64,000 nucleotides of DNA from Narcine bancroftii (Eukaryota), in assembly GCF_036971445.1 (NCBI RefSeq), contig NC_091473.1:205840001-205904000 (forward strand). Reading direction: 5' to 3'. Positions within the stretch are counted from its first letter, which is position 1, and the number at the start of each line of letters is the position of its first letter. Shown piece by piece: positions 40,048 to 52,680 of this stretch. The notes under the pieces were generated by a model that was given only the letters and a program-made list of their open reading frames with translations, was not told the origin of the DNA and ran no database searches. The translations under genes and the position numbers were made by a program.

Positions 40048-42176
40048 TCTCTTTCTTCTCTTTGGCTTGGCTTCGCGGATGAACATTTATGGAGGGGTAA
40101 ATGTCGACGTCAGCTGCAGGCTAGTTTGTGGCTGACAAGTCCGATGCGAGATAGGCAGGCACGGTTGCAGCGGTGGCAAGGGAAAATTGGTTTGTTGGGG
40201 TTGGGTGTTGGGTTTTTCCTCCTTTGTCTTTTGTCAGTGAGGTGGGCTCTGCAGTCTTCTTCAAAGGAGGTTGCTGCCCGCTGATCTGTGAGGCGCCAAG
40301 ATGCACGGTTTGTGGTGATATCAGCCCACTGGCGGTGGTCAATGTGGCAGGCACCAAGAGATTTCTTTAGGCAGTCCTTGTATCTCTTCTTTGGTGCACC
40401 TCTGTCTCGGTGGCCAGTGGAGAGCTCGCCATATAACACGATCTTGGGAAGGCGATGGTCCTCCATTCTGGAGACGTGACCTACCCAGCGCAGTTTGATC
40501 TTCAGCAGCGTGGATTCGATGCTCTCGGCCTCTGCCATCTCGAGTACTTCAATGTTGGAGATGAAGTTGCTCCAATGAATGTTGAGGATGGAGCGGAGAC
40601 AATGCTGGTGGAAGCATTCTAGGAACTGTAGGTGATGCCGGTAAAGAACCCGTGATTCGTAGCCAAACAGGAGTGTGGGTATGACAACGGCTCTGTATAC
40701 GCTAATCTTTGTGAGGTTTTTCAGTTGGTTGCTTTTCCAGACTCTTTTGTGTAGTCTTCCAAAGGCGCTCTTTGCCTTGGCGAGTCTGTTGTCTATCTCA
40801 TTGATGATCCTTGCATCCGATGAAATGGTGCAGCCGAGATAGGTAAACTGGTTGACCGTTTTGAGTTTTGTGTGCCCGATGGAGATGTGGGGGGCTGGTA
40901 GTCATTGTGGGGAGCTGGCGGATGGAGGAACTCAATTTTCTTCAGGGTGACTTCCAAGCCAAACATTTTGACAGTTTCTGCAAAACAGGACGTCAAGCGC
41001 TGAAGTGCTGGCTCTTAATGGGCAACTAAAGCAGTATCGTCTGCAAAGAGTAGTTCATGGACAAGTTTCTCTTGTGTCTTGGTGTGAGCTTGCAGGCGCC
41101 TCAGAATGAAGAGACTGCCATCCATGCAGTACCGGATGTAAACAGCGTCTTCATTGTTGAGGTCTTTCATGGCTTGGTTCAGCATCATGCTGAAGAAGAT
41201 TGAAAAGAGGGTTGGTGCGAGAACGCAGCCTTGCTTCACGCCATTGTTAATGGAGAAGGGTTCAGAGAGCTCATTGCTGTATCTGACCCGACCTTGTTGG
41301 TTTTCGTGCAGTTGGATAACCATGTTGAGGAACTTTGGGGGGCATCCGAGTCACTCTAGTATTTGCCAAAGCACTTTTCTGCTCACAGTGTCGAAGGCTT
41401 TGGTGAGGTCAACAAAGGTGATGCAGAGTCCTTCATTTTGTTCTCTGCACTTTTCTTGGAGCTGTCTGAGCGCAAAGACCATGTCAGTAGTTCCTCTGTT
41501 TGCGCGAAAGCCACACTGTGAATCTGGGAGGACATTGTCGGCGACAATAGGTATTAGTCTATTCAGGAGAATCCCAGTGAAGATTTTGCCTGCAATGGAG
41601 AGCAGAGTGATTCCCCTGTAATTGGAGCAGTCTGATTTCTTGCCTTTGTTTTTGTACAGGGTGATGATGATGGCATCACGAAGGTCCTGAGGCAGCTTTC
41701 CTTGGTCCCAGCAGAGCTTGAAAAACTCATGCAGTTTGGCATTAGAGTTTTGCCGCCAGCCTTCCAGACCTCTGGGGTGGGGGGGGGGGATTTCATCCAC
41801 ACCTGCTGCTTTGCCACTTTTCAGTTGTTCAATTGCCTTATATGTCTCTTCCCGGGAGAGGACCTCATCCAGCTCTATCCTTAAGGGCTGTTGAGGGAGC
41901 TGGAGCAGGGCGGATTCTTCGACTGAGCGTTTGGCACTGAAAAGAGATTGGAAGTGTTCTGACCATCGGTTGAGGATGGAGATCTTGTTACTGAGGAGGA
42001 CATCGCCGTCTGAGCTGCGCAGCGGGCTTTGGACTTGGGGTGAGGGGCCGTACACACCCTTTAGTGTCTCATAAAACCCCTGAAATCACCAAAGTCGGCG
42101 TTAAGCTGGGTTCTTTTGTAGAGGCTAGTCCACCTCTCATTTTTGATCTTCCGGAGTTTGCGCTGAAGGTGGCTGC
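40048..42176 (-). mobile_element. RTE-clade LINE, 5'-truncated (copy 2, apparently chimeric)
   Basis: Same RT motifs as copy 1, with an identical truncation point and right flank. Confidence 0.92.
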
Positions 42177-42521
42177 GAATAGAGAAACATCATACTGAAA
42201 TATTTAATTAAGATTTGGAATAAAGTTCATGAAGAGATTGGAGGAGAAGAGTTAATTTCAAGAAGATCACCGTTATTTCAGAATAAATTTATTCCACTTT
42301 CTATGGGAAATCAATTTTCAAAGATTTGTAAACATTATGGCATTAAGAAAATTGAAGTTTGTTTTGTAGCTGGGATATTTATTACTTTTAGTAGAATGAT
42401 TGAAAATTGAAGGTATTTCAAAATACTCGATTTTGTTATTATCCAATTAAAAGATTTTTATCTCAAAGTGTTGGTCAAGATTCAATATGACAAACAGAAA
42501 GAGGGGCAGAATTTTGTTATT

Positions 42522-45500
42522 TCAAGTATTATCATTTTCTCTTACATCTATTCTCTGTAATAAAACAGAATTCCACTGAAATACAAATTGATGTGAATAA
42601 GATTCAGATATACCAGCCATTCCTACCCTGACCCAACTAGGGCTGCACGAAACATCCAGCCGACGATTAATAAATCTTAATTGAGTTGCTTCATAATAAT
42701 TTTGAAAATGAGGTAATTGTAAACCTCCCAAAGCATATTTACAAGTCAATATATGTATCGCTACTCTGGCTTATTTTCCCTTCCATAAAATTTCTCGAAC
42801 TACTTTCTTTAAATCCTGAAAAAAGATTCCAAAAGTAAACAAGGAATCGACTGGAAAAGATACTAAATTCGCGGAAAGATACAAATTACTCGATCTATTA
42901 ATGACAAATCTATTAATCCTTCTATTTTATAAAATCCACGTTAATCTTTTGCATTAATGGTACATCGTTTAAATTATGCAATGATTGAATATTGACATCA
43001 ATCATTATCCCTAAATACTTAATTTTATCAGTCCAACTGCGAATGGTAACTCATCTACATTGGTCATAATTTACCTCAGAATTTGGTAATATTTTACTTT
43101 TATCCCAATTCACTTTATATCCTGATAATTTACTATATTGTTCTAAATATTCTTGCAAGTAAATTAAAGATCCTACCGGATTAGTTACATATATCAAATC
43201 GTCATCAGCAAAATAATTAATTAATCGTCTATTACCCTTACACCTCTAATATTCTCATTCTGACTACTAGCTTGAGATAACGGTTCAATGACCAATGCAA
43301 ATACAGCTGGTGACAAAGTACAACCTTGACGAGTTGAACGCAATAATTTAAGGAAATATTTGGTTTGACCAGTTTTCGACGCCCAAGCAACGGGATTATT
43401 ATATAATGCCTTCATTCAACCAATAAAAGGTCCAAAATTATATTTCTCCAAAGCCTTAGATAAAAAATTCCATTAGACCCTATCAAAAGCCTTTTCAGCA
43501 CCTGGAGCAACTACCATTGGTAGGTTAGATATGAAGCGTTGGTCAGCGAAATCTTTCTAAAAGTATTGTCAGAGGCACACCTATCCTGAATAAAACCAGC
43601 CTAATCAGCATGTACCAATTGTGGTAAATACTTAGCAAGTTTACTCGCCAAAAATTTCGTTATTATTTTGTAATCTACATTTAATAAAGATATTTTCCGA
43701 TATGAAGCTACATTCAAAGGATCTCTATCGTTTTTGGTATTACCATTATTACTGCACTTCGACACGAGTCTCGTAAAGCTTTCACTTGTGTTACCCGATC
43801 AAGTACATCCATAAATAATGAAGACAAATCATCATAAAAAATTATAAAATTCAACAGTAAATGCATCATCTCCTGGAGATTTCCCGGTAGGCATTTTTTG
43901 AATAACATCCTTTATTTCTAAGTCTGTAAAAGTAGAATCCAGTTTCCTCACATCACCTTCCCCTAATATTTGCAAATTTAATTCTGACAAAAAAGATTCA
44001 ATGGAACCATCATCTCGAACCCCCTCAGAATCATATATTGACTAGTAAAATGATAAAAATTGGTCATTGATTTCCTGAGGTTTAAAAGTAAATGGGCTAT
44101 CCTTTGTCACAGCATTAATAGTTCTCGATGCTATTGTTCTGTTTTCAACTAGAATGGTTGGGGGAGGGAACAAAATAGAACAGAGCAGTAAGGAGAAGGT
44201 TAGAATGCAAACAAAGAAAGTTTGTAGTAAGTATTGAATATGGATGGGCATGTGATAGAGAAGGGAAATGCTCTGGAAGAAGTTGAAGGGCAATTGGCAG
44301 GAAAAGTAAATAATGTTGTTATTAAAGATGAGGGAAAACAGGGATTAAAAATTGGGATATCTCTGAAATTCATATATTTAAATGGCAGGAGTATTGTAAA
44401 AAAGGTGGATGAGCTGAAGGTGTGGATTGATACTTGGAAGTATGATGTGGTAGCGATTAGTGAGACATGGTTGCAGGAGGGATGTGATTGGTAACTGAAT
44501 ATCCCTGGGTTTCGTTGTTTTAGGTGTGATAGAGTCGGAGGGGCAAGAGGAGGTGGGGTTGCATTGCTTGTCAGGGAAAATATTACAGCGGTGCCTAGGA
44601 ATCATAGATTAGAGGGCACATCCACGGAGGCTATTTGGGTGGAACTGAGGAGTAGGAAAGGAGAGGTTACACTTGTAGGGGTGTATTATAGACCACCCGG
44701 AGGGGACCGAGACCTAGAGGAGCAAATCTGTAGGGAGATAGTAGATATTTGTGATAAGCACAGGGTTGTAATTATGGGAGATTTTAATTTTCCACATATA
44801 GATTGGGAAACACATTCTGTGAAAGGACTGGATGGGTTAGAGTTTGTGAAATGTGTGCAAGATAGTTTTTTACAACAATATGTAGAGGTGCCGACGAGAG
44901 AAGGAGCAGTGTTAGATCTACTGTTGGCAAATGGGATGGGTCAAGTGACGGAGGTTAGTGTTGGCGAGCACTTCGGGTCCAGTGATCATAATGCCATCAG
45001 CTTCAATGTCATTATGGAAAGAGAGAAATCAGGGCCAAGGATTGAGGTTTTTGATTGGGGAAAAGCTAGATTTGAGGAGATGCGAAAGGACTTGCAGGGT
45101 GTGCATTGGGACAATTTGTTTTATGGGCAGAATGTAGTAGAGAGATGGAAGTCTTTTAAAGATCAGATTTTGAGAGTGCAAAAGCTTTATGTTCCTGTTA
45201 GGTTAAAAGGAGGGGCAAAAGGTTTGAGAGAACCGTGGTTTTTAAGGAATATTGGAAACTTGGTTCGAAGAAAAAGGGAGCCGTACATTAGATATAAGAA
45301 GCATGGAGTTAAGGAGATGTTTGAAAGATACATTGAATGTAAGAGGAATCTTAAGAGAGGAATTAGGAAAGCTAAAAGAAGGTACGAGACAACTATGGCA
45401 AGCAGGGTGAAAACTAATCCAAAAGAGTTCTACAAATATGTTAATGGTAAGAGGAAAGCTAGAGACAAAATTGGTCCCTTAGAAAATCAGTGCGGAAAAC

Positions 45501-48500
45501 TGTGTGTGGAGCCTAGAGAAATGGGGGAGATATTGAACAGTTTCTTTTCTTCGGTATTCACTAAGGAGAAGGATATTGGGAGATGTGAGATTAAAAAAAG
45601 CAAATTGGGTAAATATGGGGAATATAGAGATTACAAAAGGTGTAGTTTTAAGGCTTTTGAAGAATATAAAGGTGGATAAGTCTCCGGGACCAGACGGGAT
45701 CTTCCGCAGGACATTGAGAGAAGTGAAGGAGGAAATAGCAGAGGCTCTGGCGGTAATTTTCCAAATGTCATTAGATATGGGGATAGTGCCGGAGGATTGG
45801 CACATTGTGCATGTGGTTCCGTTATTTAAAAAGGGTTCAAAGAGGAAGCCTGGCAACTATTGGCCTGTAAGTTTGAGGTCTGTGGTAGGTAAATTAATGG
45901 AGAAAATTCTTAGAGATAGTACATAAACATCTGGATAGACAGGGTCTGATCAGGAGCACTCAACATGGATTTGTGGGAGGAAGGTCATGTTTGACCAATC
46001 TGATTGAATTTTTTGAAGAGGAGGCTAGGAATGTGCATGAGGGTAGCGCAGTGGATGTTGTCTATATGGACTTCAGTAAGGCCTTCGATAAGGTACCACA
46101 TGGAAGGTTAGTTAGGAAAGTGCAGTCTTTAGGTATAAATTTTAAGATAGTCAAATGGATTGAACATTGGCTGAAAGGGAGAAGCCAGAGAGTGGTAGTG
46201 GATAATTGTCTGTCAGGTTGGAGGCCAGTGACCAGTGGTGTGCCTCCAGGATCTGTATTGGGCCCATTGTTTTTCGTTATATACATTAATGATCTAGATG
46301 ATGGGGTGGTGAATTGGATTAGTAAATATGCAGACGATACTAAGATAGATGGAATAGTGGATAATGAAGAAGGTTTTCAAGGATTGCAGAGGGATTTGGG
46401 CTGCTTAGAAAAGTGGGCTGAAAAATGGCAGATGGAATTTAATGCTGATAAGTGTGAGGTGCTTCATTTTGGTAAGAAGAATCAAAATAGGACATACGTG
46501 GTAAATGGGAGAGCATTGAGGAATACAGAAGAGCAGAAAGATTTAGGAGTGACGGTACATCGTTCCCTGAAGGTAGAAACTCACGTGAATAGGGTGGTGA
46601 AGAAGGCTTTTCGTATGCTGGCCTTTATCAATCATTGCATGGAATATAGGAGTTGGGAGGTGATGTTGAGATTGTATAAGACGTTGGTGCGGCCTAATTT
46701 GGAGTTCTGTGTGCAGTTCTGGTCGCCTAATTATAAGAAGGATATAAACAGAGTGGTGAGAGTGCAGAGAAGGTTTACCAGAATGTTACCTGGGTTTAAG
46801 CATCTAGAGTATAGGGAAAGATTGGACAGATTAGGTCTTTATACTTTGGAGCTTAGAAGGTTGAGAGGGGATTTGATAGAAGTATTTAAGATTATGAAAG
46901 GGATAGACAGAGTGGATGTGGATAGACTATTTCCGTTAAGAGGAGGAAAGATTAAAACAAGAGGACATGAGTTAAGAATTAAGGGGCAGAGGTTTAGAGG
47001 TAACATGAGGGGGAACTTCTTTACTCAGAGAGTGGTAGCCGTGTGGAATGATCTTCCGGGAGAAATAGTGGCGGCGGAGTCAATTGTATTATTTAAGAAA
47101 AGGTTGGACAGGTATATGGATGAGAAGAAGATGGAGGGTTATGGGCATTGTGCAGGGAAGTGGGACTAGAAAGGGGTGTTTGGTTCGGTGCGGACTAGAA
47201 GGGCCTAATGGCCTGTTTCCGTGCTGTAATTGTTATGTTATGTTATGTTAATTGCCAGACTAAAACCTTATGGGCTCTGTCCCCAACTAATAATAACGTT
47301 GCTTAGATCTTTGAATCAAACTTGCAAATTGATATGTTTGTAGTGTATTATATCGTATCTTCAATTTAGTCAAAGCTGCCTTATTATCCTCCATACAATT
47401 CCTCTGAGATTCTTTTTCCAAATCAACTATCTGTTTTTCCAGTGACCCAGTCTTCACCAAAAATTTCTTCTTTTCCTTTGATGCATAGCTAATAGTTTGA
47501 CCACGTAAAAACGCCTTCAAAGCATCCCATAAAGTAAAATTACTCTGAACTGTATTCAAATCAAAAAAAGAAACAATTTGATCCTTAATGAATTTTACAA
47601 ATTCCGTTTTTTTCAATAACATTGCATTAAACCTCCATGGAAAAAAATTGATTGAATTACTTCCGGCCCAAAACAAGAAATATATAACAATGAATGATCA
47701 GAAATTATTGAACTCTTATAGTCAGCTTGAATAAAACGAAATTGCAAATGTGCTGATGCGAAAAAGAAGTCAATTCTTGAAAATGAATCATGACTCGAAA
47801 AATAAACTGAAAAATCTTTTGCAGTAGGATTTAACCATCTCCAAACCTCTATCAAATTTAAGACTTCCATCAAATATTTTGATTTTTTAAAGATTTTCTG
47901 AGATTTATCCAATAATGTATCTAATACACAATTGAAATCTTACCCAATCAAAATATTTTCTTTAGCAGGACTTAGAGTTAAAAAAGCTTCAGGCACAAAT
48001 TGTTCAATGCATTTTCTTGTGAATCAAAATCGCCACTGCTCTTGCTTTCGAATTGAAAGAAGATTTAATTAATTGAACAACCCAGTCTCTCTTCAATTTT
48101 AAATGTTATTTTTCAGTTAAATGAGTTTCCTGCAAAAAAGCAATATCGACTTTCATTTTTTAATATAGACTAAAACACGTTTATGCTTAATAGAGTTACT
48201 TAAACCCTACACAATAAATGTTGCAAAATTCAAACTAGACTTTGTTATCAGAATAAAATAATAAACCCTCCTTCTATTTCTTCAATGCACAAAAACATCC
48301 TATCCTTAATAAGAAAAATTAAAGCTCCCCTTGCTAAATAGCCCCTAAATGAAACAGCCATTAAACACACCCCAAACAAAATAAAGCTAACACAAAGAAA
48401 TGTTTTTCTTGAAAAAACGTAGAAACTACAAAAGTAGTAACTCCCCACTTAATTGGGTGTGTAAATAAATATAATACCCCCACAGGTGGCGGATGAATTT

Positions 48501-50230
48501 CAAAAGCTTCAGTGACATCCAAACCCCCAACCGGACTTATAAAATTATAAGTCTAAGTCAGCTTACAACCGCAATGGATTCAATTCCAACGCTTTTTCTG
48601 GATCATCAATATCAATTAAATTCTTTGATATTTGCCTTCCCATTCCCATTTCCATTCTTCGTATCAGGTGTCTCCGTCATAGGTAAAGAATGCCTTTCAG
48701 TAGCCCTGTCTGGCAAAGAATTAACAATAATTAAAGCATCATGATCACTCTCAAAACACTGTGATTGGAAATTATCATAAAACTCTTCATAACTGCAGGT
48801 TTAGTGTATCTAAAAGAAAAATTATATCCCTTCATTCAAAGCACTTCTTTAGCAGAGTTAAATTCTTTACGCCTTTTAATAATTTCTAGACTTAAATCCG
48901 CGTTAAAAAATACCTTATTTCTCTGTACCATTAACCATGACTGATATTTATGTGCATTTTTGTCTGTGACTCTCAAAATAGTTTCCTTATCTTGATACCA
49001 TAAACAACAAATCAAAATATCTCATGGAGATTGACCCGGATATGGTTTGCTTCTTCAAGCTCTCTGTGCCCTATCTAATTCCAAACCATCTGGAACAAAT
49101 TCCAATCCCAATGCTTCAGGGATTCAATAAAAATATATATATTGGATCTGAACCCTCAATTCCTTCCAGAATTCACACTATTTCGATATTATTCCGGCAG
49201 CTTTGGTTTTCCAAGGTGTCTATCTTCTTCAATAAGCCCTTCTTCTGAATTTTCTATCCAACAAAGGAATCTTCCACTTTTTCCATTTTTCTTTATTACG
49301 TTCCCTTTGTTCTATACAGTCTTGAAATGCACCTTACACTTTCTTAAAATTGTCTTGAACTGTATCCAGCATATTCAAGTATCTTAACAGTAGAAACTTC
49401 TTCACAAATATTATTCATTATTTCAGACATGTTCATAAATCCATGATCAATCTGACTAGACATTTGTGTTGACATACTTCCGATATGATGAGCTATAGAT
49501 TCCAAAATTGTAAAAACATCATCAAATATAGTGTCACTAGTCTCTCCTTGAGCCCTACCTTCTTTCACATCAGTTGCAATCAATGATTCTTTTTCCATTT
49601 CTTCAGTTTGAAAATAAGTTTTCCATTGTTGTTCTTTAATTCTATAAACGATTTTGGCACTTTGCTGCTGGTCTGCATGCCTTCAGACCCAGTCCCGACA
49701 TGATCAGCCCATTGCCTACCAACTTTGCTGACAGCCCAAACTCTATCAAGAAGATCGCGGAACCGGGACGCACCGTGCATGCCCAGCAGCGTCGGGACCC
49801 GTGCATGCACCTCTTTAAACATGCTTTATCGGGCCAGCGCGCTGCTGGGACCCACAGTTGGGTCGTGCTTCGGGCTCAACACTGTAGACTCCCGCAACTA
49901 TACAGTGCGCCTGATATCGCGAGCCCGCTGATTAAGATATGAAGAAAAAATTGGAAGTGTGTTGCTGCTTTGGTGGCTGTCCGATTGATTCCGTGGATTC
50001 CACTTGGTAAGTGGGCCTCATTTCTTTGCTACTCTTAAAAGAAAATTTCTTCTGAATCTGTGCTTTTGATTTATTTGTGTGATCAGCAATTATAGTCTTT
50101 TAACAGTCAGATAACTTAAAAGCAAACTTTCAAGGGTTTTTTTTTTAGTACTTTAATTCAGATAGTTATTAAGTTCAACTCGGGGAAGATGGAATTACAT
50201 TTCTTCTTCCTTCGCCATCAGGCCACGTCC
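42522..50230 (-). mobile_element. L1-clade LINE, decayed, interrupted by CR1 at 44149-47250
   Basis: RSTRQGCTLSPAVFALVIEPL, GGLQLP, SFSRIDFF..ISDHS and LWDALKAFLRG. ORF1 remnants lie at 48.6-50.0 kb; WQ|LKTEQ is split by the CR1. Confidence 0.85.
44149..47250 (+). mobile_element. CR1-clade LINE with near-complete ORF2 (APE endonuclease + RT), frameshifted
   Basis: YLNGRSI, AISETW, GVYYRPP, MGDFNFPHIDW, SSDHN, DFSKAFDKVPH and YADDTK; (TGTTA)n tail. Confidence 0.95.
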
Positions 50231-50659
50231 CCCGCATGTGTATCTTTAGCTTCACATGCGGCAGCGTAGCAACAAATCCGATCAAAGAAAAAGCTCAGAT
50301 TTTCCAGCGAACACCGACTAGTGGGCCCAGCCAGGTAAACAGAGGGGTTAATCAAAGGTCTGCAATACCATAACCGGAAGCACTTCAGCGTTCACAGCAA
50401 AGTTAACATTGCATCAAATGAAGTCAATAAAATAAAGAATTAAGCAACAAGAACAAAGAAAAAGAAACAGAGGTGAGGGTTACAGTTTTTTGTTTAATTT
50501 CAGTTTGATTTCAGCACACAAGGCCAGTCAAGGGAATACTTGGAAGCAAATATCGTTGCTGTGGACGTCAAGACCGATGAAACAGAATGATCAGCTTCCC
50601 TTTCTCGCATCTTTGAAGCGAATATACAGTCTCTGGAAAATAAAATTAATCAGAGGAAT

Positions 50660-50971
50660 TGAGCGGACAGAGGTACAGGAAGAATGACACAGATATAAGG
50701 ATGCGGCAATTTCCGCTTCATGGTTCATACCTCCTTCAGCTTGGATGAGTGATCCTCTTCAGAGGCGCTACTTTTTTGTAAAACAGAGTTAAAGTGCTCA
50801 CCTTTCATCTACGAAGGATTTTTTTGCCATGTGAGATGGTAGTGAGAATGCTGAAGGACGAAACGAACTGCTCACCCTTACCATCCGAGACTGTCATTTT
50901 CATGAAACAATATTTATTGTTTATCTGTATGTATACACTACTATGACTTTTACACTTGTATCTCATATACT
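50660..50971 (+). pseudogene. Possible highly degenerate V remnant
   Basis: EVQEE..C..W..ENAEGRNELLTLTIRDCHFHET.IYC, then TACACTA + 22 nt + TCATATACT. The fit requires frameshifts. Confidence 0.3.
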
Positions 50972-51840
50972 TATACACTCATATCTTTATATATATATAT
51001 GGAATGAAAACACACTCGTTTAAATAAATTTCACTTTCAAATATCTAACGAAAAATATAGGTTTAGCTCTACCAATGAAGGTTCTATTACTGGGCAGTGA
51101 AGATACGAAATATTACTTTTTGCTCATATTATAATAACCATGAAGAATGTCCAATATGGGTCTCCTTGTAATCTAATTCTGATACAAAATTTTCTATTAT
51201 CTATCATTTTGGATCTTCGCTTGCCATATCTTTAAATAAATGAAATGATGCTACAGAAGTAAACATACTTTGAGGATATGGATACATTTTAGTAAACAGT
51301 TACGTTTATTGAGATTTTCCCTTTCTCGTTTTTTTTCTAACTATTTTTAAACCTTCTATGATTGACGTAGCTTTTAAAGGATAGCATAGATTAGGTATTA
51401 AATGTTTCGAAGATATATTTGTTAAGGGGTGTCCGTCTTCCTTCAGCTAAATGTAGTTCACTACATACACGTTGTTGTTTTCTATGGATCATAGATTTGT
51501 TGGCGATTCCAATTGCATACATTTCCTAATAGGAAATTCCTAAGAATTTAGAAGATATAAATTTTAAGTTTAAACCATTATATAATCATTCAACATCTAC
51601 CATTTATGGTATGCTGTTGGGAACACGTGTGGTTCCTTTGAATAAAATTTAAATAATAACCTAGGAACAAGACCTAGAGTTTTCAAATTCGCAAGAAATT
51701 TGAAAAATAATTTTAAAAATATGGTTAATATTTCATCTTGATGTACTCGCCGCGCTCTCCTACAATTTAAATTAAGAATACTGAAAATTTCTTTCGAGCA
51801 AGAAAATAATTGCATAACTAAAGTTTTTAAAAATATGGTT

Positions 51841-52107
51841 GACGACTTTGCCGATGTTTCAATAACTTAGAGACACTTCAGATGACAGCCAAAGAAGGGA
51901 AAACTGTAAGGCTGAATTGCAGTTACCCTCCTGCCCTGATAGCCCACACCGTTTAGTAGTACATCCTATATCCTGATGAATTATGCAGATATCTACTACC
52001 GAGCAGTCAGATGAATTCAGATCCAGTTATTCTTGATTTCTGTTTGAAATAAACGTTAGAGATCTTTTTTATTATCTCTGACTCCGCTGTCTCCGACCTT
52101 GCCACAT
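51841..52107 (+). pseudogene. TCR V exon remnant (no leader, no RSS)
   Basis: DDFADVSIT* (frameshift) LQMTAKEGKTVRLNCSYPPALIAHTV**YILYPDELCRYLLPSS...IISDSAVSDLAT is a clear paralog of the 23.8-kb V. The conserved Trp codon is now TAG. Confidence 0.8.
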
Positions 52108-52680
52108 TAGAACTCAATGTTTCCGAAGGTATTCTCTTTTCATTTCTTTCTCCTATTTTTAGGGGCACAGGTATTGCTTATGCAGACTCTTTGTTTATAT
52201 CAAGGCAATCTAAGGTTGACGTCGGTACATTTAATTTTTAAATAGGTAATTAAGAGACAACAAATGGAAAACCATATCCTTTGAAACCAACAGTGTGAAA
52301 GATTAGTGGTCAATCGGAAAATTAGGACATCACTGCAGTTCCACCCAAAAACCAAGATTGACCTGCTAAACATAAGAACCTGTTCTGATGCAGAAAGTAA
52401 TAATATCAGTGCACAAATAAATTGCACCTTGTGGATGACCATGGACGCACTATCATTAGCATTATTAAAACATGAATTCAGAAATAGATTTAGATTTAGG
52501 CATTGAAAAGAAAAAATGACTATTAAATATATCTGTTGCATGAATTGTAGATGAAATCCACCTCAGAGGTTACATATTTTTATGTCTCTTCCTCAACTAG
52601 TCCAGCACCCTCTCTCTTGTAATAATTGAAGGGAAGACATATGGAAGAATCATGAGGATTTTCCTAACTGTTAATCTTTG

